The position numbers and the translations under genes are program-made. A DNA stretch of 64,000 nucleotides, from NCBI GenBank assembly GCA_013239625.1, contig MU053482.1, positions 1,897,168 to 1,961,167 on the forward strand. Direction: 5' to 3'. Under the pieces are notes generated by a model. The model saw only the letters and a program-made list of their open reading frames with translations. It was not told the origin of the DNA and made no database searches. Shown piece by piece: positions 1-13,180 of this stretch; the first letter of the stretch is position 1; every line of letters starts with the position of its first letter. The DNA comes from Lama guanicoe (Eukaryota).

Positions 1-99
1 TGGTCAGCCCTGCCCAGCAGGGGCTGGGAAGTCAAGGAGGCTGGAGGGGCCTGTATCCAGCTCTGGCCTCTGCCAGGCAGCACTGGGGAGGCCCAGAGG

Positions 100-490
100 G
101 GTTTATTTGGATTTTTTAATTATCATTTTTACTTTTTTTCTCCTCATGAAAAAGTTTTAATATACCCAGTAAATTAAGCCCAGAAAAAAAGGAGGGGGGG
201 CACATTTCATCTTTAATCTATTTACTTCTGAATATTTAACATACAATTCTGGCACCAATCACCAAATTTAACTGGAAAATTACTCACTAATCTGTTTGCT
301 TATTTGGAATAATTGGGTCGGCTGCCAGCGCAAGGATTTCCCCCCCCTGTTTAATATCTCAGTTAGTAGTCCAATTTCAGCTTGGCGGCATAATTACTCT
401 GACAGAGCTGTAGCCACGGGGCCTGTGAGTGGGGCTGGTTTTAAACCGTAAATTATGAAGGATTAGCATTTATGAATTTTAAATCAGGGC
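100..490. promoter_or_regulatory. Putative conserved non-coding element / enhancer (AT-rich island 1)
   Basis: Non-repetitive AT-rich block in GC-rich context with many TAAT/ATTA cores (TAATTA, TAATTG, GGATTA, TAATCT), a TGACAG site and retained CpGs; conservation inferred, not tested. Confidence 0.55.
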
Positions 491-1069
491 TGGGGTAGGA
501 GACACTAAAGCTGCTTAACGCTGGGGAACAGCAGCCTCCACTCAGCAGCAGAAGCCGTAACCCTTCCGCTCCCAGGACGGGTCACAGGACATGGGAGCCT
601 GGGAGGCAGGGGGTGATGACCAGGAGATGCGGGGACACGCTGGACACAGGGATGGGGGCAGCTGCAGTGGTGATGTAAACGAGGGCTTTAGCCTTCCTCC
701 TGGTCCATGGAGTGCTGTCTCCCTCTGGTTAGCAACAGTTTACCTGCCCCCTACCCCAGAGGAAGCTCAGAGTGATAACCTAGCAGGAATCCAGGAGATC
801 AGTCCTTGCAGCCCCTACCTGCATGCAGGCCAGCACCCTCCCACAGGAAGGGTCCCTGCCACTCTGAAGAATCCCCATCTGCCCGTGAGCCAGTCTGACC
901 CAGCGCCCTTTGGCTCTAAGTGTGGCTTCTCGGTGTGCCCAGCTCTGGTGAGTTGCAGAAAGGCCATGCAATCCTCCCCAGGTATGTCATTCTGAGTTTT
1001 TGCCTTCCCTCTCTTCATTCTCCATCTCCACCCAGCCCTCCTGTGGCACAGATGGCCTTTGAAACCAGA

Positions 1070-1265
1070 TAGATTAGGGTTTGAAATCCACCTATACTCT
1101 TTATAAGCTGTGACCATGGACAAGTTACTTAACCTTTCTGAGTCTCCATCTTATTCATCAGTTAAATGAAGATAGTAATTCCTACCTTGCAGGGCTGCTG
1201 GACACTTTCATCAGATACTGTGGATGAAGTGCTGGGCATAGTGCCTGGCACACAGCAGGTGTTAA
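1070..1265 (+). mobile_element. MIR SINE
   Basis: Core 'gctgtgaccatggacaagttacttaacctttctgagtctc...' and 3' 'gtgcctggcacacagcaggtgttaat' match the MIR consensus. Confidence 0.85.
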
Positions 1266-1459
1266 TCCCATCAGCTCCATGCACCTTGGGGTCTCCCCAA
1301 ACCCAAGTCAATTCCCTACATCCACTGCCCTCTCCCTGTATCTTGTCACCCACAGTGCAGGGAAATCTCAGCCTTTGGCCACTCAGCCTGCCCTGATAGT
1401 AGATACCAAGTTCAGATCTCAGGACTCTGCTGGACTCCAGGCACTGGTGGCCACTGGAG

Positions 1460-1627
1460 CACTGATTCTGGGGCCATGTTGGCTGAGTTTGAACTCTCAC
1501 TCTGTCATTCAGTAGATAGATGACCTTAAACAAATTATTTAGCCATTCTGTCTCGGTTTTCCTAATCTGCAAAATGGGAATAATAATAATAGTATCTCAC
1601 AGTGCTGTTAAGATTTAGTGAGTTAAC
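1460..1627 (+). mobile_element. MIR SINE
   Basis: 'tctcggttttcctaatctgcaaaatgggaaataataataatagta' MIR core. Confidence 0.8.
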
Positions 1628-2679
1628 TGCCTGTTCTAAGGCTCTAGGCTGACGTCCCTTGAGCCTGAGGAATTTCTAGGTTGCCTACCAAAGTAGGAGG
1701 AAAAGAGGTAGGATCTAAGTGGGTAGAACAGGGCCACCTGGAGCCTCACTGAGGACTAGTTTGGAGCACATCTCTCTGTTTGAGACCAAGTAGTTCTCAC
1801 AGTGGCCAGACCACTACCTGTCTCATCTGCAGGCACTTGGACCTTCCCATGACTTGCAGCGCTGGAAGGGCCTCCTATGTGCCTGATGGGGCAGATCCCA
1901 GGGGTGCAGGCCAGCTGTGCAGGTAGCCAAAGCTGGAAGGGCAGGAATGAGACCACAGGGGCATGTCCACCCAGAAAGACCCTCTGCATGGGCCAGCCCT
2001 CCTCCCCAAACTGGCCGGGAGCCTTAATGCGAGTCCCCTGGCAGCTCACGTCCACCTTCAGGACCTGATTTTGCACATCTGAAAGAACAGGAGGGTTCTT
2101 GCCCACTTATGGGTCTATGATTCAAGTTCACAGCCTGTCACCTCAGCAAGAATGGACACGGCAGGTCATTCACCTGTCCCCTGCAGAGGAGGTCCCACAG
2201 CCCACCCAGGCTGAGTGCAGTTTGGCTTCTCGGGTTGTTCTGGATGGATTCGGCCGCCCAACACCATCCATGACCTTAGGCTTAATGACAGATCAAGTCG
2301 CCGCCTCAGCTTGTGGGCACGGGGCTGGCCATGGGAGTCCTGGGAGATGCTGCAGCCCAGCTGGTGCTCGTGGGCCCTCAAGTGGTATTAATGCTCTTTT
2401 TAAAAATGGTCTGCATGGTCATTTTGCTTCAGCAAATAAATCCTTAAGTATCCCCCCTTTTACCTCCATGTACTCCACATCATTCACCCTCAGCCACCTG
2501 GTCCTTAAGGACCATGATTTGGGGTACAATCAAAGCGGGAAGGAAACCACCGCAGGGGCTGCCGCTGCTTGTGCAGCCGGAGACGGCTGCGTTCCCAGGG
2601 GCCCGGCAGGACTTCTATTGCGGCTGGTCTGTGAACACGCTGGGGTGCCTGATGGATGGGAAGTGCCCGGTTTGTCGAG

Positions 2680-3285
2680 TCCTTGCTGAGCTTTGTGATA
2701 ACTCATTATATTTCTTTCTTTACAAATTGGCCCATTAGTACTCCTGAACTGAACGGAATCATAAAGCTAGGGGCATCCCAGCCTGGGCTGAGCCTGGGTC
2801 AGGAATTACCTGGGGCACGAAAGCCTACATTTGGGAGTGGAAGCTGGGGACAGCTGGCTGGAGCCGGCCCTACATTCTGCAAGAGAAGTGGGTTTGTTTT
2901 CTTTAAACTCAAGAGAATGAAAGAGTTCTAACCAAGGCCTGCTGGAATTAAATAGCAAGATCTGCCTGGCCGCTCACTGGCTTTCAAGCTGGGGGCTCTG
3001 ATCCCTGTTGGGGGGGGTTAAATTCTAACCCCATTAAGCCATTTATGGAAAGCTGACCACCAGGGAGGGAGGCGGCCCCTCTTCCTGCAGCCTCCCTAAA
3101 CCCCACAGATTCTGAAATTGGTTGTCACTCTCAGTCAGAGGATTCTAAACAAGTAGGCGCTAATCCCCTCTGTTAAGGAGATACTTATTTTGTCTGAAAA
3201 ACTTCAAAGAGCCCATGACAGACACTCAAAATCAAAATTAGCATTCCAATGAGGATTTAAAAAATAATAATTCTTACAGTTCTGC
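2680..3285. promoter_or_regulatory. Putative conserved non-coding element cluster
   Basis: AT-rich non-repeat patches with CTCATTA, CCATTAG, CCATTAAG, CTAATCCC, AAATTAGC motifs. Confidence 0.45.
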
Positions 3286-5121
3286 TGAGGAGAGGAGGAG
3301 AGGGGAAGTGACTGGCCGGGAGGCTGGGGAGGGAGTGGGGGCAGCGCCTTTCATCTGCCTGCCCTCAGGGGCTCTGGGGGTCTGCCCCTACTGGCTAAGA
3401 TGCTGAAGCCCCCTCCTCAAAGGGGCAGCGGCTGGGCCCTCAGGGCGGGCAGGAAGGGGCAGACCCCAAGGACTGTTCAGAAGTCCAAGTCTCAGAGAGG
3501 GCAATGGCACTCAGGCCTTCAGCGATGGAGCCGCAGCCGAAGCCAGGTGTTTGGACTCAGGGTGGGCCTTGGCTCTGCCTGCCTGAGGCCACAATGGTGT
3601 TCTCAGCTGACGGGGCTTGTAGGAGTGCAGAGAGGCTGCCAGGTGTCCGGGGGCAGCTCAGTGGCAGAATGTGGAGCCCGGCTATCTTGCCAACAAACCT
3701 GCCCACATCATAGCCGTGTCTGGGAGCCACTGCAGGGTTCAAACATTCCCCTCGAGTCCCAGCAGCCTCTGTTTTGGAACCCAGTGAGCCTCCTCTCACA
3801 CCCCACCCCACCAGGCCTGCCTTCTCCCTTTGTTGGACTAGTTTCTCCCCAGCCTAGCTTCACCATGGCCTGCCCCACTCAAAAAGGCCTTGCTCAGCAG
3901 AGTCATTCTGGCACTGTCATCTTTCAAGGGATCCTCCTATTGCAAATTCCAGATTCCCAGCCCAGGAGGAGCCCCATATCTCCAGACAGGGGGCTCTTCT
4001 CTCCCAGTCTGTGTAGCTTCTTCCTTTCTAAAGTCCCTCAGATGCCTGCAGGGCCTCCTGGGTGTCCCCTTGGCTCCTGGGCCAAATCCCCAACTTGCTC
4101 TATTGGCTCCTGCATGGCCTTCTCGGGATCTATCCTTCCTGCTCCCCTTGGCTAGGCTTCTCCAAGCCTATTTGGTGTCATCATCACCCGCAGAGAGGAC
4201 CTTAGCCCTTGAGGACTCTGAATGCAGGGGTCATGGAAGCTCCTGGACCTTAGTCTTCCCCCACCTCCCCCCATACACACTGCTTTTCTGCATCACCTCC
4301 AGGCTCTAGCCATCACCTGCCCGGTTTCCACCAGCCCTCATGCCCCACTCCAAGGCTATCTGGAACCAGATTCTGTCCACTCACTCATACTCTCCTTCAA
4401 TATGTAGACCTGCTCTGTGCCTGGCCCTGTGTGGGTGCTGGAGCACAGGGGCCAGACCCTGCTCTTGGGAAGCTTCCAGCCAAGCAGGAGTGCTGGTCCC
4501 TCACAGTATAGTGTGAGCATCTGACGGAGGGATCAGAGAACCCCACCTTGAGGCTCTCTGAGGAGGTGCCAGTGAGTTTCAATAGGAAGTCTCGAGGTGG
4601 CAATAGAACAAAGGGCCTTCCAGTAGGGAGAGCAGCCTGCAAATGCAAGGAGGCCAGGGAAACCTGGGAACGAGGGAGAACCTTGACTCTTAGCCTGGGT
4701 GACCCCAGTACCCCTTCCTCATTCGTAGCCCGGGTCCCCAGGCCCTTTATAAAGACCAAGAGGTCTTAGACACCTGTTCTAGTAACAGCATTGCCCAGCA
4801 CATGAACCTCAGGGAGGGAAAGCAGGAAGTGCTGGGAGGCCCCCTGCTCTGCTCTCCCATGACATCCCCGGCCACCAATGAGAGAGACCCCTTGAAAGCA
4901 TGACCTCATTCGTGACAACAGTCATTGGTTTCTGGTACCAGAAAAGGAGGAAGGAGATTTCCAAAGGGCCCTGCTTTTGGCATTAACCTTCTGGAGGCAG
5001 GCCTGGCTTCTCCTGGCTGCCAGTATCATCCCTGTGAAAACTGGCTCTATTCAGAGCACTTTCCCACCCATATCTCATGGCAAAGATTCCTAGAACATTC
5101 ATACTCAGAACCCATGTAGAC

Positions 5122-5440
5122 CAGTGTCATCCAAGAGAAATACACTGCAAGCCACATTGGTAATTTTCACAGTGTCTAGTAGTTACATTGAAAAGATTAA
5201 ATTAAATTAATTTAACATCATATTGTATTTAGCCCAATGTTATTATTGGGTTTATATAGCCCAGAACACTATCATTTCAACATGTAATCAACATAAAATT
5301 CTTAATGAGATTTTTTTTTGTAATAAGTCTTAGAAATCTAGTGTGTATTTTACACTGACATCACATCTCATTTCAACAAGACCTGTTTCAAGTGCTCCAT
5401 GGTCATAAGCAGCTACTGGCTACCAAACTGGACAGCACAG
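5122..5440 (+). mobile_element. MER33 (hAT-Charlie) DNA transposon, near full length
   Basis: Starts 'cagtgtcatccaagagaaat', internal 'atcatttcaacatgtaatcaacataaaa', ends 'ctaccaaactggacagcacag'. Confidence 0.85.
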
Positions 5441-5495
5441 AGACCAGCCCAGTGCTTCTCCAGATGAAGAAACTGGGAAAGAGGGGAATGGACTT

Positions 5496-5832
5496 TGTTA
5501 TCAACCTAATGAATGTTCGTGTCATCTAGAAATTCATAAGTTGAAAGCCCACCCTGAGTGTGATGGTATTTGGAGGTGGTGCCTTTGGGAGATAATTAGG
5601 ATTAGATGAGATCACAAGGGTGGAGCCCTCACGAACAGGATTAGTGTCCTTATAAAAGTCTCAAGAGCACTTGCTTCCTCTCTCTGCAGTCTGCAACTCG
5701 GAAGAGGGCCCTCCCTAGAGCCCAATCTTGTGGGCACCCTGATCTTGGACTTCCAGGCTCCAGAACTGTGAGAAATAAATTTCTGTTGTTTATAAGCCAC
5801 CCAGTCTATGGTGTTCTGTTCTAGCTAAGACA
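5496..5832 (+). mobile_element. MLT1A-type MaLR solo LTR with 5-bp TSD GACTT
   Basis: TG...CA ends; 'gcaccctgatcttggacttcc...agaactgtgagaaataaatttctgttgtttataagccacccagtctatgg'; GACTT at 5491-5495 and 5833-5837. Confidence 0.9.
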
Positions 5833-7049
5833 GACTTGCTCAGGGTCAAATGCAAACCACGCTTTGGGATGAAGTCCCCTTACTCCAGCTTCTGGCCCTC
5901 CTGCAGCCCTGTTGGACCCTGACGGGGCCCAGGGCACTGAAGCAGAAGACACATGGCTGGGGCAAGAGGCTGGCATCATGTGCTGGGTCTGCTGCTACCT
6001 ACCCCACACATGTACTTGGGCGGATCAGGAACTGCACTGAACGTGGGGCTCCTATGGGCCCTGTCCCCTTGTCCTGCCGGCTGTGCGAGAAGGTCAAATG
6101 ACACACCAGATGGCAGACATTTCCAGGTCTGTGTCAGGCACCGTGTGGTGCACTGGGGGCAGCTCACCTTGAGGAGCCTACGTTTGGGGGAGGGACAATG
6201 ATAGCACCAAGTGATAAGGCCCACAGTGGAGAAAGCACAGGGCACTGTAGGGGCACTGAGGACGGGCTATTCATCTTTCATGGGGAGATGGGAGAGGTGA
6301 CACTTAAACTGGGTCTGGGAAGAGGGGCAGAAAATCTGTTCAGAGGCCTCTTTCTGCAGCTGGAACCCACCCAGCTTCCTAAAACCGCCGGACTCCAGCT
6401 ATCCCTGAAGGGTGAACAGAGGAGGAGAGCCCACTCTGGTAGCACAAAGTAGGGAGCCCAGCCCTGCCCACAGTTCCTAGACAAGCAGCACCCAGCCTCA
6501 GAGATGGCTGGTGCTGTGCCCTCCCCTCAAAGAGCCCCAAGGAGCCTGGCCTCGGCCCTTCCCCCTTTCCTTCAGGCTATTCAGGTTTTCTTCTGCCCAT
6601 GGCTCTGAGCTTGAGCAAGAGAGGCGGCCTGAGTCCGGTCTGCCAAAAGCCACGGAAGCCACAGCCTGAGGTCGTAGCTGGCCTGCCTTCTGGGCTAAGG
6701 CTGGGTGGCAGCTCGTGGGGCCTGTGCTCGGCAGGCAGGGCCTCTCTGCCTCTTGCCCCCACAGGGACACGAAGCCCCAGTGCCAGTAATGAGCATCTCC
6801 GGCACCTCCGTGGCTCAGAGGAGGCCTCCTGGCAGCCCGGCCTTGCTCTCATTGTCCCGCTCCAGCCCACGTGCACCGGGCCCAGGCCTCGGCCACGATC
6901 AATGGGCCGAGGATGTGCTGAAGCGGCACTTTCATCTTTTCTCAAGGCCGGTGTTTGAACTTCTCCGAGCAAGCGGCCTTCCCAGACAGGCTTGTCTTCT
7001 AAGAAGGCGGCCTATCTCCTTTCCCTTGCTTCCTAAGCAGGCTGATCCT

Positions 7050-7270
7050 GAGAGTTATTGAGGCACACAAAAAAAGAGACGTTCAAAGGCAAATCTAAAT
7101 TACCGTCCTCTTCAAACTGGGGAAAAGTCTTATTAAGTCACCTGCGTGTGAATCCCGGCCTATATCTCTGCAGACCTTTTTTCCTTTGTGCCATATAAAT
7201 GGACACATCTTATTGATTTTCTTTCAACCTGGATCACCTCCATAGCCGTGAATATGGGCAGACAAATCCC
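7050..7270. promoter_or_regulatory. Possible conserved non-coding element
   Basis: AT-rich island with TCF/LEF/Sox-like TTCAAAGG and CCTTTGTG, plus TAAATTA and TATTGAT. Confidence 0.35.
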
Positions 7271-7574
7271 GCTCCTGCCTTCCCGAAGGGGCTGAGGAAG
7301 AACGGGGCAGCCAGAGGGGCCCTGCAACACGGGGGCTGCTGCACCCTCCTCAGCAGCCCCCAAGTGCCTTCCCACGGGACTCAGCAGCGGGGCCTGGAGC
7401 GGCGCTTTCCTGGGGGAACCGCGGGGGGCATTGGGGGCCTGCAGGGAGGCTCTGGGACTGGAGCCAGCAGATGGGGCCTCGCCAAGCCTTCCCAGGCTGG
7501 GAGGACACCTCCAGGCCCCTGGAACTCACCCAACTCTGCCCTCCACCTGTTCTCTCATTTCCTGTGTCTCCTCC

Positions 7575-8027
7575 TACCGCTTGTCCTCTGTGACTCCTAC
7601 CCCCTCTGCTCACTCCGTTTCAGTCTTGACCTCCTGGCTGAACAGGCCAGACACACTCCCACCTCAGGGCCTTAGCACAGCTGCTCCCATGCCCGGAAAA
7701 ATCCTCAAGCCTCTTTCCTTCACATCCTTCAAGTCTCCACTCAGATGTCAACTTCTCCGCAAAACTGTCTCAGGTCATTCCATTTAAAATTACCCCCAGC
7801 CCCACAGGCCCTCCAGCTCCCTCCCCACTTTACTTTTCCTCAGAGCACTTACCCTAACTCACATGCTCTGTTTCACTTGCTTGTGTTGGTTGGTTGTCTC
7901 CCCCAACTAAAATCTAAACTCCATGCCAACAGAGACGTTCGCCCCCTGGGTTCACTACAGTGTCACTGATGTGTAGAAAGAACAGCGCTCAGTATACAAA
8001 GGTGCTCTATAACTGACTGCTCAAATG
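7575..8027 (+). mobile_element. L2 LINE 3' fragment
   Basis: 'cacctcagggccttagcacagctgctcc', 'tccttcaagtctccactcagatgtcaacttctc', 'ctaaaatctaaactccatg' typical of L2 3' end. Confidence 0.75.
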
Positions 8028-8494
8028 CAGGCCACGCAGGGGCCCAGCCAGTGCCAGCAGCTTGCCTTCTGAGCCAGTGACCAGCCTCCTCCCGAGGCCA
8101 CTAGACAGGATGTCCGAACCGGATCCTCACTTCGTCATCATCTCTACTTGAAGTTACTTCAGGCTCCTAGAAAAACATTCTCCCCTAGGCCTGCAGCTTG
8201 GCCTGGACACTGCCTGGTCCAGCTTTAGCTTCTGGAGAGAGAGAGTTTCTAAGCCCGTGACCACATCTCTGAGCCCATCTGTAGCTTCCTACTGGGGACA
8301 GCTCCTGAATGTGGGCATTTCACCTCATCTGATCCAGCTGACCAGGATGGGCTCCGGGTCCTCAGCTGCCCTCCACAAGCCATTCCCTGAGGATGGATCC
8401 TGTTCGGAGGGTGGCCCAGGGCTGCTGCCCGTCTCCCTCACTACATTCCTAGGCTGCTGAGTGGGTATAATAATTACCATACACTTTATAACAC

Positions 8495-8815
8495 ATATAT
8501 ATCTGAATATTTGTGTACCCCCAAAATTCAAGTGCAGAAATTCTAATGCCCAAGATCATTCCCCAGGTAATTAGGAAGAGGCTTTGGGAGGTGATTATAA
8601 AAGAGGCCCCGCAGAGCTCCCTCGCCCTTTCCATCCTGTGAAGACACAGCAAGAAGTCACAGTCTACAACAGGGAAGAGGACCTTTCTGGAACCTGGCCA
8701 AGTTGGCACCCTGATCTTGGACTCTCAGCCTCTAGACTGTGAGAAATACATTTCTGTAGTGTGTAAGCCACCCAGGCTGTGGTTCTGTGTTCTATCAGCC
8801 TAAACAGACTAAGAT
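8495..8815 (+). mobile_element. MLT1A-type MaLR LTR
   Basis: 'gcaccctgatcttggactctcagcctctagactgtgagaaatacatttctg...aagccacccagg...gactaaga'. Confidence 0.85.
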
Positions 8816-9949
8816 GCTCTACAGACGCCCTGGTTGGCCACAGAAAGCTCTGGGGCTAGCCCTGGCTTTCCAGTTCATCTCTATATGGCCCTGAGGGACT
8901 CTTTCCATCTCCTGACCTGAGTCTCCCCATCTGCAACATGGAAGGAGTGACCCAGAGAACCTGAGGTCCCCTTTGAAGGTCAGAGTCCCTCTGGCTCATT
9001 CCGGGGAAAATCAAAACCACCAGCTGGACGTGCTGGGGCTGCAGGCAGGACAAGTTCATCAGCTAGACTGACCTTCCCAGGTCAGTTCACATCTTTGGGC
9101 TACACTGGACTGGAGGGTGGGTTGAGAGCCTAGGACAGGGTACAGCCTTGGGTCCAAGCCCAGGAGTGTCCTGGTGGGGTCAGAGGGCTGTTGTGAGGGA
9201 CACATCCCAAGCCTTACTTCATTCCCCTTTGAACTTGGGCCCCAGGTGAGCCACAAGGACAGGTGGTCAGGCTGCGAGCATCTAAGGCCACCAAACCTGA
9301 CCTCAGCCCCCAAGGGGACTTCGCACTGATTAGTTTCTTCATGGTAGGGGTAGGAATGAGGGGCTGGTGGCCAGGGGTCTCTGACTAAGAGCCCACAACC
9401 CTACGATCTCCCCTTCTACCAGCTCGAATCCACTAAACAGAATCCTGGTCAACTGCTCAGCCCTGAGCTTGGCCCTATCACTGACCCTGACCCTGGACCA
9501 GTCCCAGCCAAGACCTCCTACCCCAGGGGCCATGCTAACTCCAGGCTGCCAGCCTCCTGGCTGAACTGAGCTGCAGGGAATGTGGCTGCCTCCCTGTGTC
9601 CATCTCCACCACATTTCATCTGGAGGCTGTGCAAGTGGCAGCTTCACCCCTAGCCTCCGGGAGACATGCTTCTCTTGAAAGTCTGTGGACTCTCCCAGTG
9701 AGGCCCATCAGTGGTTCCTGACTGGTGGCCTGAGCACAGTCCCACCCCCATTCTCCCAGCCTCACCTTGACTGAGGTGTCCTTCTCTCCCCAGGATCTTT
9801 GTAGTCACTTCCTAACTGGCCTCCCCAACCCTGACCCTGACCCTTGGGCTGCATTGGGCTGGGAGGATGGGTTCCAGCACACAGCCATCAATGATCTTCC
9901 TAAAACAGTCTGGTCCTATATCTCCCTCTGGGAAAATTTTCATTGCCCC

Positions 9950-10083
9950 ACAGCCCAGACCAGGGTACAAAATTTAAGAATGCACTTGCCCTCTGGGTTG
10001 TGCAAGTGTAGGCTCAGCCTTTAAGAGCAATGCCTCCTTAAATCCCTACGGGTCCTGCTGGACTCACAAGGTCCTAGCCTGGC
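9950..10083. mobile_element. MER96-like palindromic hAT MITE fragment inside an L2 remnant
   Basis: 'agggtacaaaatttaagaatgcac...gtgcaagtg...tgcctccttaaat' with inverted arms. Confidence 0.5.
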
Positions 10084-10789
10084 ATCCTCCTTGAATGCAG
10101 ATAAACTCCAGGTTCCTTCACTAGGCTCAAGGTAGCATCGCATCCCAGCCCCAGCTGTTTCCTGCCTTGTTTCCTACCAAACCCCTCCACCTGGCCACAC
10201 CAAAGCACCCAGGGCTCTTGCCCTCAGTGCTCTCCCATTCTGTGTTTCTGCACATTCCTGATGCACCCTCTCCCCTCCTAGGCCTGTCTCCCTCTTGTCC
10301 TTCTAGGCCTCACTTGGCTGTTACTTTCTCCGGGTAAGCCTTCGACCAGGGTGTCTAAGGGGTGTCCTCTGCCCCCAGGGCCCCGGGGGAGCAGCCCACA
10401 GCACAGGCCACATTGCACTACTCAGGCCCATTTTGGGGTCCCTTTCTCTCAGTAAGCTGAGTCATCTTCGAGGGCCAGAACAACATCTGGTTTTTCACCT
10501 TTCCAGTGCAGGGCAGGGCCCAGAGTAAGTTCTCAGTGGGTGTTTGTTGAATGAATGGCTGGGTGAATGAAAGAACCCACACGTCCACAGGCCCATAAAG
10601 GAGCGGACCCGCCGAGAAACCCCATGCTTCTGCTTGCTGGAGAGAAGCAGACAGACAGATGGAAGCAAGCGAGGCCGAGGAGTTCTCTGGGGGAAGGAAG
10701 CTCATTTCCAAACAGAAGGCATCTCAGCCGTGGGAAGGCGAAAAGAATTTCTCAAAATTAAACCAAAGGAGGGGTTTGGGGAGCGATGG

Positions 10790-11145
10790 GGCTCCCAGGG
10801 ATTTATTAATGCACGCCTCCAAGTGATCCTTCCTCCTGCAATCCAGGCACTGGGTTAGCACTGACTTCCAAATTATATTTAATTGGACAATTATTCAAAC
10901 TGAAAAACCTGCACAAGAAACGAAGGCGGTCCTTAATAAACACCTTGTCTCCTCAGCCCCAAACAGGCAAGTCGTTTACTGACCCAAGAGGCACAATTTT
11001 GTCTTTGGTAAATTTATTTTGAAGTAATTGCCGACTCCGGGAGTAACCATTTTTCAAAGAGAAACTTGGCTCTAGCCAGCAGAATAATAAATTGTTCCCT
11101 GACCCGTGTGAAGCCTAATCCCATTAGAAAGATGTGCGCTTAGCG
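10790..11145. promoter_or_regulatory. Putative conserved non-coding element / enhancer
   Basis: AT-rich non-repeat island with TTTATTAAT, TTAATTGG, GTAATTG and a perfect TAATCCCATTA paired-class dimer site at 11116-11126. Confidence 0.55.
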
Positions 11146-11569
11146 GGTGGAGGGCCTTGATGGAGAGCGAAGCACCTTCGGCAGCGCTGCCGCCCCTTAT
11201 CACGGGTGGGGGCCTCCCAGGCTGACCTGGGCACAACCCAAAGGACCGGTGCAGAATTTCTCTGCAGGGGGTGCTGCGAGGGCCTGGCCCGAGTTGGTTA
11301 CCAGGTTGGGGAGAGAAGGCTCACACTTCCCTCTGGAGCCCAGTGCAGCCCTGGTACTCAAGCATCTCCCCCTGGCTCCCCACCCCTCGGCCAGACTGTC
11401 CTCAACTCAGCTCTCCCCACTCTGCCGGCCCCTGACCCCACCCCCACCACTGCTCCGTGCCCCTGGTGAGGTTGTGCAGATCCGCGTGTGGCACAGGGGG
11501 TGTGCTTTTCACGCAGAAGGCACACGGGCCAGCCTGCACCTTGTTGAGCAGCTGAGGGCCTTGGGGAAA

Positions 11570-11770
11570 CTTTAATGAATAGGAGTGCATTTATAAATAG
11601 TATATCCATATGCAAATGAGCACCTCCAACAGCCCTGGAAACTGGCTAGGTTCTGATTGCTTCCTGTTAAGCAGAGTTGAGAAAAACTGGGTTCTTTTTT
11701 CATGAAGGGACTCCCCTTGATTTACAAAGGGATTCCAACTTGCTTTCCTTGAAGATCAAGTCCCTTCCTT
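11570..11770. promoter_or_regulatory. Possible enhancer with MEF2-like and octamer sites
   Basis: TTATAAATAG (YTAWWWWTAR) at 11591-11600; ATGCAAAT at 11610-11617. Confidence 0.4.
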
Positions 11771-12994
11771 CACATATAACTCAGCATCTCCAAACACATG
11801 CTCAGCCTAATATGGTCTCTACCAGGGGTCTTTGTTTTTGTTCACCAATGAATCCAAGTGCCCGCAACAGTGCCTGCCAGGAGATGATGTGCAGTAAACC
11901 TTGTTCACGGAGATGGAGTGTGGAGAACCCATCCTGTGGAGAAGCCAGGCACCCCTCTTAGGTGATTCTCACAGTCTGTCTTCAGACCCTGAGCAAAGTA
12001 GAGCTTACTGGACACCAGAGTTGGAGAGACTCCTGAGCGTGATCACTGATCCTCTTCCCTTTTTCTCCAGCTCTGAGAGGCTACTTGGCCCAACAACAAA
12101 GCAGGTCAGAGACTAAAGCAGGGCTGGAACCCAGGTCTCCAATTTCCAGAGCCCAATCCCTCCTCAAGTGCAGGCTGCCTCCCGACATCCGCCTGGCCCC
12201 ATGTGAAGGGAAACACCCTCAGAAGTGCCCCAGCAGTGAGCGGGCCCCCAAGAGCACTTCTAGCTACAACCTCCGGTTCACGGTCAGGGACACGGAGGCG
12301 CGCAGAGTCGGGCCTCACCCCAGGACACCTCACAGGGGGCTGTTTCCCATGCTCTTAGACATCAACGTGCAGCTGAGGAGTCAGGACCAGGCACCCCACC
12401 ATCTGTGGTCCTCTTGGGGGTCACAGAACTTGGGCCCCTCTATCTAGCAAGGCCACTGTGTTGGAGGACAGGGATCCCACATGACAGGGAGGCTGCCTCT
12501 TGGGGTCATTCTACTGCCCCTATCCTGTCCCAAGCAGCTTTTGGAGCACCTAAGGGGGCCATTCCCACACTGCTCCCATGGTCTCCCTGAAACCCTCTTT
12601 GCTCCTGCCCCTGGCCTACCAGATCAATACCCCCACATGCCCAGAGTCACATCCCCGCCCACTGGCTTCCTTCAGGATTTCAGTGACTGTGGCCTCACTT
12701 TCTGCTAATAGGAGAAGCAGCAATAAATTGCTCAACAATAACAACCTGAGGGCAGCAGCTGGAGGACCTGGAGGCAGGTCTTGAGAGAAGACCAAATTCA
12801 AGGAGAATGTGTCCAGAGAGACCTGTGTGGGGAGGCAGCTTAACGGTTGGGGGTTAGGAGAGCAGGTCCTGAAGTCACTCCTGTCCCTCTTTTAACCAGC
12901 TGTGTGGCTTCCGAAAGCCACACCACCTCCCACAGACCGTTTCCCTGGAAAATGGCACGATAAATAGCACCTAAATCATCAAATTACTTGATAA

Positions 12995-13180
12995 TGAGAG
13001 CTAATATTTTTTTGAACACTTGCTGTGTACCAAGCACTACTCTAAACACTTTACTGTTACTCATTCATTTGACCTGTACTACACGCCTATGAGGTAGGTA
13101 TTATTTCCCCATTTTACAGATCAGTAAAATGCAACGCAGAGAGGTTAGGTTACTTCCCCCAGGTCACACAGCTAGTAGGC
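12995..13180 (-). mobile_element. MIR SINE (between pieces of a + strand MIR at ~12835-12990 and ~13190-13250)
   Basis: 'ctatgaggtaggtattatttccccattttacagatcagtaaaatgcaacgcagagaggttaggttacttcccccaggtcacacagctagta'. Confidence 0.85.

Noticed and set aside
3400..4155. Longest ORF in the track (251 aa)
   Set aside because: Pro/Ser/Gly/Leu-rich composition typical of GC-rich non-coding DNA; no recognisable domain or splice context
6103..6117. CTCF-like ACACCAGATGGCAGA
   Set aside because: One mismatch in the core and expected by chance in 64 kb; no supporting context
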